Assembly: GCA_040904565.1 (NCBI GenBank)
Contig: JBBDTI010000079.1
Coordinates: 16,998 to 50,161, forward strand
Direction: 5' to 3'
DNA length: 33,164 nt
Source of the DNA: Rhodothermales bacterium
GTDB taxonomy: Bacteria > Bacteroidota > Rhodothermia > Rhodothermales > VXPQ01
Each line of letters opens with the position of its first letter. The first letter of the stretch is position 1. The position numbers were made by a program, and so were the translations under genes. Below are positions 27,416 to 33,164 of the stretch, piece by piece. The notes under the pieces were generated by a model. That model saw nothing but the letters and a program-made list of their open reading frames with translations. It searched no databases and was not told the origin of the DNA.

Positions 27416-28642
27416 GTGAGTGGCGGTAGTAGTGACATACGTCGAGTCGTGATTGTCGGCGGCGGCCTCGCCGGCCTCGAAGCAGCGCTGTATCTCGGAA
27501 CGGTACTCGGAGACGACGTGTCGATCACGATGATTTCGAATCGCGACAGGTTCGTTTATCGGCCGTTCCTGACCTACCTCGCATTCGGACTTTCGCCGGA
27601 TCGCATCGAGATCGACCTCGAAGAGTTTGCGACACAGCACGGGATTCGACTGCACGTCGGAACGGTCGAGTCGGTTGATCCGCAACGACGCATCGTAGAG
27701 TTCAACGGACATTCGCTCGCGTACGACGCGCTTATTCTGGCCACCGGGGCACGATCCGTGGAGGAGCCTATCCCCGGCCTGCGGGGCGGCCACACGATTT
27801 GGGACAGGGCGGACATGCTGCGGCTCCGCGAGCGGCTTACAGAGGAGGTCGAGCGGGCGTCGCCAGAGCGGCCGACCCGCGTGCTCTTTCTCGTTCCGCC
27901 AGGGAATGCCTGGTCGGGTCCGGTATACGAGCTGGCCGTCATGACCGCTTCGTGGCTGGCCGAACAGGGGGTGCGAGCCGCCTTCGATCTGCAGCTGATT
28001 ACGGCGGAGCACCGACACGTCGAAGCCATGGGCGAGAAGGTGGGCGAGCGGGTCGCAGACAGCCTGGCCTTCCACGGCATTCACGCGCAGACGGGGCGCG
28101 AGGCGATACGCGTGGAGCCAGGACACGTCGTCTTCGAGGAGGGCACCGACGCCGGCTTCGATATACTGATCAATGGCGCGGTATATGCTGGTGCCGGGCC
28201 GGTGGAGGGACTGCCCGTCGACGAGGAGGGCTTCTATCGAACGAGAATGGAGAATCGCGAACTCCAGTCGATCGATCGAATATACGCTGTGGGCGACGGC
28301 TCGGATTTTCCCGTGAAACAGGGGTTCCTCGCGCTGCTTCAAGCCGACGCGGCCGCGGAGCATATAGCGGCTCGTATATTAGGCCGGGACCCCCAATTTA
28401 CGTTCACGGCGACGCTATTCTGGTTGATGGATGAGTTCGATCAGGTGCTGTTCGCTCGCGGCGAGAGGGACATGGTCAGCGCGGACGTCGACAACTTCGC
28501 CGCCGGGAAGCTGCGCAGGCTCGAGACCATGGGCTACCTGCCGCGTCAGCAGCGACTCGGCAACCCGCTCTACTCGGGACTTCTCTGGAAAGGGACGGAC
28601 ATCGGCCTTTCGCTTATCAAGAACCTGGAGTCGGACCGGTAG
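27416..28642 (+). CDS. SQR/FCSD-like FAD-dependent oxidoreductase with no cysteines
   Basis: GGGLAG, FVYRP, YDALILATG, WSGPVYE, IYAVGD, PVKQGFLA; no Cys in 408 aa. Confidence 0.8.
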   Translation: MSGGSSDIRRVVIVGGGLAGLEAALYLGTVLGDDVSITMISNRDRFVYRPFLTYLAFGLSPDRIEIDLEEFATQHGIRLHVGTVESVDPQRRIVEFNGHSLAYDALILATGARSVEEPIPGLRGGHTIWDRADMLRLRERLTEEVERASPERPTRVLFLVPPGNAWSGPVYELAVMTASWLAEQGVRAAFDLQLITAEHRHVEAMGEKVGERVADSLAFHGIHAQTGREAIRVEPGHVVFEEGTDAGFDILINGAVYAGAGPVEGLPVDEEGFYRTRMENRELQSIDRIYAVGDGSDFPVKQGFLALLQADAAAEHIAARILGRDPQFTFTATLFWLMDEFDQVLFARGERDMVSADVDNFAAGKLRRLETMGYLPRQQRLGNPLYSGLLWKGTDIGLSLIKNLESDR

Positions 28643-28750
28643 GCGTCCCATTCATGGATTCGCCTACATGGGCAGGGTCGGTTTCCTCGCAAGGATGCGT
28701 CCGTCGAATCGGTAATCTTTATCAGTATGGTAAGTGAAGGAGAGGATGCG

Positions 28751-29365
28751 ATGAAAGAAGATGACTCGACACGCGACCGCCTGGTGTCTCTCGATGTGGC
28801 GAAAGATTTCTGGTCGCGCTTCCACGTCGTGGCGCCGTTGGTCGTGATCGGCACGATCGAAGGAGACGGATATGACCTCGCCCCGAAGCACATGGTAACG
28901 CCGCTGGGATGGGGCCCGTTTTTCGGGTTCGTCTGTACGCCGCGTCACGCCACGTATCGAAACGCGAAGGAGACGGGGTTTTTCACCGTCACGTTCCCCA
29001 ATCCGTCCCACGTCGTGCTCGCGAGCATTACGGCTCAGCCGCGATGCGGCGACGGCGGTGAGAAACCCGGGCTGGACGACGTGCCGACCTTCCGTGCGAC
29101 CGAGATCGACGGCGTGTTTCTGGAAGAAGGGTATCTGTTCCTGGAATGCAAGGTCGACCGGACGATCGACGGATTCGGCAAAAACAGTCTCGTCGTGGGC
29201 TTCATCCAGGCCGTTCACGTCGATGAAGCGCATCTTCGCGCCAGCGACGTGGAGGAGGGGAAAATGATTCACGAGGCCCCACTTCTGGCTTACATCAGTC
29301 CGGGCCGATATGCCGAAATCAAAGACACGAACGCCTTTCCGTTTCCAGCCGGTTTCGAGCGGTGA
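28751..29365 (+). CDS. Flavin reductase-like (DIM6/NTAB, split-barrel) protein
   Basis: PLVVIGT, DLAPK, HATYRNAKETGFFTV, LECKV; start at ATG 28751 (or 28727). Confidence 0.78.
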   Translation: MKEDDSTRDRLVSLDVAKDFWSRFHVVAPLVVIGTIEGDGYDLAPKHMVTPLGWGPFFGFVCTPRHATYRNAKETGFFTVTFPNPSHVVLASITAQPRCGDGGEKPGLDDVPTFRATEIDGVFLEEGYLFLECKVDRTIDGFGKNSLVVGFIQAVHVDEAHLRASDVEEGKMIHEAPLLAYISPGRYAEIKDTNAFPFPAGFER

Positions 29366-29369
29366 GAAG

Positions 29370-30578
29370 ATGTACGATGCCGAGGCACAGCACGTTTTAT
29401 CGTATCTGGAACGACGGAAGGACGAGATGGTCGACCTTCTCCGACGTTTCGTTATGTTGGAATCTCCGTCTACGGATCCGTCCGCTCAGGTCGAACTGTT
29501 GGAGGTTATCGCAGCGGAGTTCGAACGGTCGGGTTTCGAGTCTACGCGCGTACCGCGGCCCTCCTCGGGCGGATATCTCTACGCCGCACCGCTGGATCGG
29601 CGGCGAGGTCGACCGTATCAGCTCCTCCTCGGTCACTGCGATACGGTCTGGCCTGCAGGCACGATTGACCGCATGCCGTTTCGGCGTGAGGATGGCGTAG
29701 TCCGCGGTCCGGGAGCCTTCGATATGAAAGGAGGCCTCGTCCAGATGATCTTTGCACTTCGCGCAATGGCCGAGCTGGGTCTGGATCCCGACGTTACGCC
29801 GGTCGTGCTCGTTAATTCGGACGAGGAGATCGGGAGCAGGGACTCCGTGCACGCCGTTCGAAGACTGGCCCGGCACGCGGATCGAGCCTTCGTGCTCGAG
29901 CCCGCGCTCGAACCGGTGGGAAAGCTCAAGACCTCGCGTCGTGGGGCAGGCAAGTTTGTCATCGGAGTTCGCGGGAAAAGCGCGCACTCGGGCATCGAAC
30001 CCGGAGCAGGCGCGAGCGCAATTCTCGAACTGTCTCACGTCATTCAGAAACTTCACGAACTGAACGATCCGGCCGAGGGGATCAGCATCAACGTGGGGAT
30101 GATCGATGGGGGAAGCCGATCCAACGTCGTCGCGGCGGAAGCCAGTGCCATCGTCGACGTTCGTGTAGCGCGCTCGGAGGATGCCGAACGCATCGTTCGG
30201 CAGATCAGGGCCATTACTCCCGTAGTACCCGGTACCGAGATCGTCGTCGAAGGCCGCTTCGGGCGAGACCCGATGGAACCTACGCCGAGAAATCGAGCGC
30301 TCTGGAAGCGGGCCGTCCGTGCGGCGGAGGTGCTGGGGCTTCAGATCGACGAAGGTCGCTCAGGCGGCGTTTCCGACGCCAACGTTACCAGCCGGTTTAC
30401 GGCCACGCTCGACGGACTCGGATCCGTCGGAGACGGGGCGCACGCCGCGCACGAATATGTAGACGTGGGCCGGATGCCCGAGCGAGCGGCCCTGCTTGCG
30501 TTGCTTGTGTTGCAGCCGCCACTGTCGCCGGAAGAGGTGGAGGCCATCGACGAACGAGCTGCCCAGGAGGTCGAATAA
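29370..30578 (+). CDS. M20 family metallo-amidohydrolase (carboxypeptidase G2-like)
   Basis: GHCDTV, GPGAFDMKGG, SDEEIGS, VLEP, GKSAHSG, GGVSDAN, GAHAAHE. Confidence 0.88.
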   Translation: MYDAEAQHVLSYLERRKDEMVDLLRRFVMLESPSTDPSAQVELLEVIAAEFERSGFESTRVPRPSSGGYLYAAPLDRRRGRPYQLLLGHCDTVWPAGTIDRMPFRREDGVVRGPGAFDMKGGLVQMIFALRAMAELGLDPDVTPVVLVNSDEEIGSRDSVHAVRRLARHADRAFVLEPALEPVGKLKTSRRGAGKFVIGVRGKSAHSGIEPGAGASAILELSHVIQKLHELNDPAEGISINVGMIDGGSRSNVVAAEASAIVDVRVARSEDAERIVRQIRAITPVVPGTEIVVEGRFGRDPMEPTPRNRALWKRAVRAAEVLGLQIDEGRSGGVSDANVTSRFTATLDGLGSVGDGAHAAHEYVDVGRMPERAALLALLVLQPPLSPEEVEAIDERAAQEVE

Positions 30579-30580
30579 CC

Positions 30581-31606
30581 ATGCGGTACGTCCATTCGTC
30601 ACTCACCCGCATCTCCAACCTGGCCGACGAACGGTTCGACGTGCGGCGGACCGATCGGAGCGGATGGCGTACGGGAGATTACGTCGTCGGCGAAGTCTAC
30701 GGCGTGCCCAGCAGCCTCTATCGTATCGAGCTCGCGAACGGACGCCACATGCCCGTCATGGAGGGGGATTGCGTCGTCGGGGCGTTCGGTCGTCGATCGG
30801 CTACGCTGGAAGCAAATGGAGACTGGGAGCACATTGATGAGGATGGCAGGATGGATGCGCTGACCGGCGGCGGATTGTTCGGACGCTGCACGTCCCGGTC
30901 CGCCATGATGCCCTCGCTCTTGAAGATGAAATACATGGGCCACGTCTGGTTGGACGGCCGTCCCGCGCGCATGAAGGATTACGTCGAACGAGTGGATGCG
31001 ACGCCGTTCACGACGCCGTCCATTCTCCTGATCGGTTCGTCCATGTCCTCCGGAAAGACCACGGCGGCGCGCACGCTGATCCGACTCCTGAAGACGATGG
31101 GTGCTACCGTACTCGGCGCGAAACTGACGGGCGCCGGCCGATTTCGCGACGTACTCAGCATGCACGACGCGGGCGCCGATCACATCTTTGACTTTGTGGA
31201 TGTTGGGCTGCCGTCGACCATCTGCGACGAAGCATCGTACCGATCGTCGCTCCGTGGATTGTTACACCGGATGGGGGCCGTCGACGCCGACGTCGCCGTC
31301 ATCGAATCCGGCGCGTCGCCGATGGAGCCGTACAACGGGGCCGCGGCCGTCCATGAAATCAAACCGCACATTCGCCTGATGGTACTTTGTACGTCGGATC
31401 CGTATGCGGTGATCGGCGTGCGGGACGCATTCGGCCATGCGCCCGATCTGGTTACCGGGCCGGCGACCAACACGGAGGCCGGAATCTCGCTGGTCGAACA
31501 TCTATCCGGCATTCAGGCGCTCAACGTACTCGATCGCAGCTCGCATCCGGAGTTCGAGCGCATTCTGCGGACGAAGCTGGACTGGTCGAACGGGGAAGGC
31601 TCTTGA
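30581..31606 (+). CDS. DUF1611-like P-loop protein
   Basis: IGSSMSSGKTT, AKLTGAGRFRD, DAGA...DFVDVGLPST pattern. Confidence 0.72.
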   Translation: MRYVHSSLTRISNLADERFDVRRTDRSGWRTGDYVVGEVYGVPSSLYRIELANGRHMPVMEGDCVVGAFGRRSATLEANGDWEHIDEDGRMDALTGGGLFGRCTSRSAMMPSLLKMKYMGHVWLDGRPARMKDYVERVDATPFTTPSILLIGSSMSSGKTTAARTLIRLLKTMGATVLGAKLTGAGRFRDVLSMHDAGADHIFDFVDVGLPSTICDEASYRSSLRGLLHRMGAVDADVAVIESGASPMEPYNGAAAVHEIKPHIRLMVLCTSDPYAVIGVRDAFGHAPDLVTGPATNTEAGISLVEHLSGIQALNVLDRSSHPEFERILRTKLDWSNGEGS

Positions 31607-31669
31607 GGCGATAGGAACAGAGCAGACGTCGATGGCGAGGACCACGCTTCACATCGACCGGGACAGGCC

Positions 31670-32272
31670 ATGGAGGTAAAGATGAACCCGCGAATACGAC
31701 ACCGCCGCACCCTGGATACGTTGAACGACGAGGATCTGATGACCGAGCTCCAGGGCGGCACCGACGAAGCACTAGACATACTTCAGCGTCGACACGGTAC
31801 GCGCATATTCCACTATCTGCTCAAATTCACGCGTAACGTCCAGACGGCAGAGGATCTCATGCAGGAGACGTTTCTGCGAGTATACCGGAGCCGTCAGACG
31901 TACCGGCGCATCGCCAGGTTTACGACGTGGCTTTTCACGATTGCCGGCAACCTGGCGCGTTCTGAATACAGGAGAAAGCAGCGGGTCACGATCTTTTCGA
32001 TGAACGCTGCTCGGAAGCCTGACGGTGCCGAATGGGAACTACCGGATGAAACAGATATCCCTGATGAACGGGTCGATCGTGCGATGGAGACGGAGCGCGT
32101 CTTTCACGCCATCGACCATCTTCCCGAACACTTTCGCGATCTCGTCATGATGCGCGGGCTTCAGGAACTCAGCTACGAGGAGATGCACCTGCTGACCGGC
32201 GTTCCGCTCGGGACGATCAAGAGTCGGATCCACCGCGGGCGTACGCTTCTTACGAAGATGCTGGCCGAGTGA
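31670..32272 (+). CDS. ECF (RpoE-like) sigma factor
   Basis: Region 2 AEDLMQETFLRVY...FTTWLFTIAGN; region 4 LSYEEM...VPLGTIKSRIHRGR; start may be ATG 31682. Confidence 0.9.
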   Translation: MEVKMNPRIRHRRTLDTLNDEDLMTELQGGTDEALDILQRRHGTRIFHYLLKFTRNVQTAEDLMQETFLRVYRSRQTYRRIARFTTWLFTIAGNLARSEYRRKQRVTIFSMNAARKPDGAEWELPDETDIPDERVDRAMETERVFHAIDHLPEHFRDLVMMRGLQELSYEEMHLLTGVPLGTIKSRIHRGRTLLTKMLAE

Positions 32273-32522
32273 CGAAAGGATTCTTTTGGACGCACCCAGC
32301 ATCTCGACGGTAGCCCCTGGGTATTTCTCGTACAAGGCTGGTAGCCGCCCTCCTACGACGATGTGCGTGTTTGCCTCTCAGCGTTCGTTCCGTGCGGACG
32401 GTATCCTGGTTTTAACGGTATAGCTCAATAAGGGTATCCGTCAACGGCATCACCAATGAGGGTGGCCGTGGTGACGGTCGTACCATGTAAACGTTCAGGA
32501 TTTAGACGCGCGGAGGAGTGCC

Positions 32523-32963
32523 ATGACAAACCTAACACGCTATCGTCCCTTTATGCCGATGAGGCAACTGCAGCGGGAAATCGACCGGGTGTTCGGCGAC
32601 TTCGTACCGTTCTTCGGATCGGAGGAGATGGAAAGTGCAGTGTGGGCCCCCAAGCTGGACATCACGGAGAGTGACACCGAATACGTGGTCAAAATGGAGG
32701 TCCCCGGTATTTCGAAAGATCAGATCAAGGTCGATCTGGAAGATCACCGGCTCACGGTCAGCGGCGAGCGAAACGAAGAAAAGAAAGAAGAGGCGGAGAA
32801 TCGCCTCGTTGTGGAGCGAAGCTATGGGAGCTTCTTCCGGTCGATATCGTTGCCGAAAGCCGCCGTCGAGGCGGCAGTCGACGCAAAGCTAAAAGACGGC
32901 GTTCTGGCCGTCACGGTCAAGAAAGAGGAAGTATCAAAGCCCCGCCGGATCGACATCAAGTAA
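32523..32963 (+). CDS. Hsp20/alpha-crystallin small heat-shock protein
   Basis: WAPKLDITE, EVPG, ERSYGSFFRSISLP, AKLKDGVL, C-terminal IDI; strong RBS GGAGGA. Confidence 0.95.
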   Translation: MTNLTRYRPFMPMRQLQREIDRVFGDFVPFFGSEEMESAVWAPKLDITESDTEYVVKMEVPGISKDQIKVDLEDHRLTVSGERNEEKKEEAENRLVVERSYGSFFRSISLPKAAVEAAVDAKLKDGVLAVTVKKEEVSKPRRIDIK

Positions 32964-32997
32964 CGGTGTAATGTGGGACCATTGGATGGACTGTCGA

Positions 32998-33036
32998 CGA
33001 GGCCGCCCCCGCAGGGCGGCCTCGCGTCGTTATTTC
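32998..33036. terminator. Terminator-like hairpin between Hsp20 and a convergent ORF
   Basis: Stem CGAGGCCGCCC / GGGCGGCCTCG (32998-33024) with a 5-nt loop, then a T-rich tail (GTTATTT). Confidence 0.65.
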
Positions 33037-33047
33037 GCGTCCCGGTT

Positions 33048-33164
33048 CTATTCGGAGTGATTGCCGCGCACGTCCCTGTCAGGTTCATTCGGCGCGTCGG
33101 GATGCGGCGTTTCCGGTTCCGTGGGACGACCGGGCGTTTCCGGTTCGGAGGGATGCCCGGGCGT
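33048..33164 (-). CDS. Probable 3' end of a Pro/Glu/Thr-repeat protein, truncated by the window edge
   Basis: Open frame TPGHPSEPETPGRPTEPETPHPDAPNEPDRDVRGNHSE* explains the ~27-bp DNA repeats. Confidence 0.45.
   Translation of the reverse strand, partial: TPGHPSEPETPGRPTEPETPHPDAPNEPDRDVRGNHSE

Noticed and set aside
28639-28667. GTAGGCG...CGCCTAC as another regulator box
   Set aside because: The 15-nt spacer and overlap with the stop codon fit an RNA hairpin after the SQR-like gene; no clear U-tract, so it is not called a terminator either

Overview
GC-rich bacterial window, most consistent with Rhodothermota/Bacteroidota (short Bacteroidota-type sigma-70, folP-dacA linkage, lipoprotein-type clade II NosZ; this is inference). 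Left third (1-12.5 kb): part of a myo-inositol catabolic operon (iolG, iolB, iolD, sugar ABC transporter), housekeeping genes (pcm, dacA, folP), a GH3-family acyl-amido synthetase and a sigma-70 factor. From 12.8 to 33 kb is a compact block that looks like a low-oxygen respiration and stress module. It holds a GAF/FixL-type heme-PAS/HisKA_3 kinase with a NarL-type regulator, a ba3-type (B-family) oxidase operon (with a 49-aa subunit IIa absent from the ORF track), DUF2892-USP-SQR, a clade II nos cluster (cyt c, nosZ, nosB-nosL fusion, nosDFY), a cysteine-free SQR-like flavoprotein, a flavin reductase-M20-DUF1611-like trio, an ECF sigma and Hsp20. The best candidate for an undescribed system is an O2-sensed switch coupling sulfide oxidation to N2O or micro-oxic respiration. 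No rRNA, tRNA, CRISPR array or mobile element was seen. All protein calls come from motifs recognised by eye; no searches were run.
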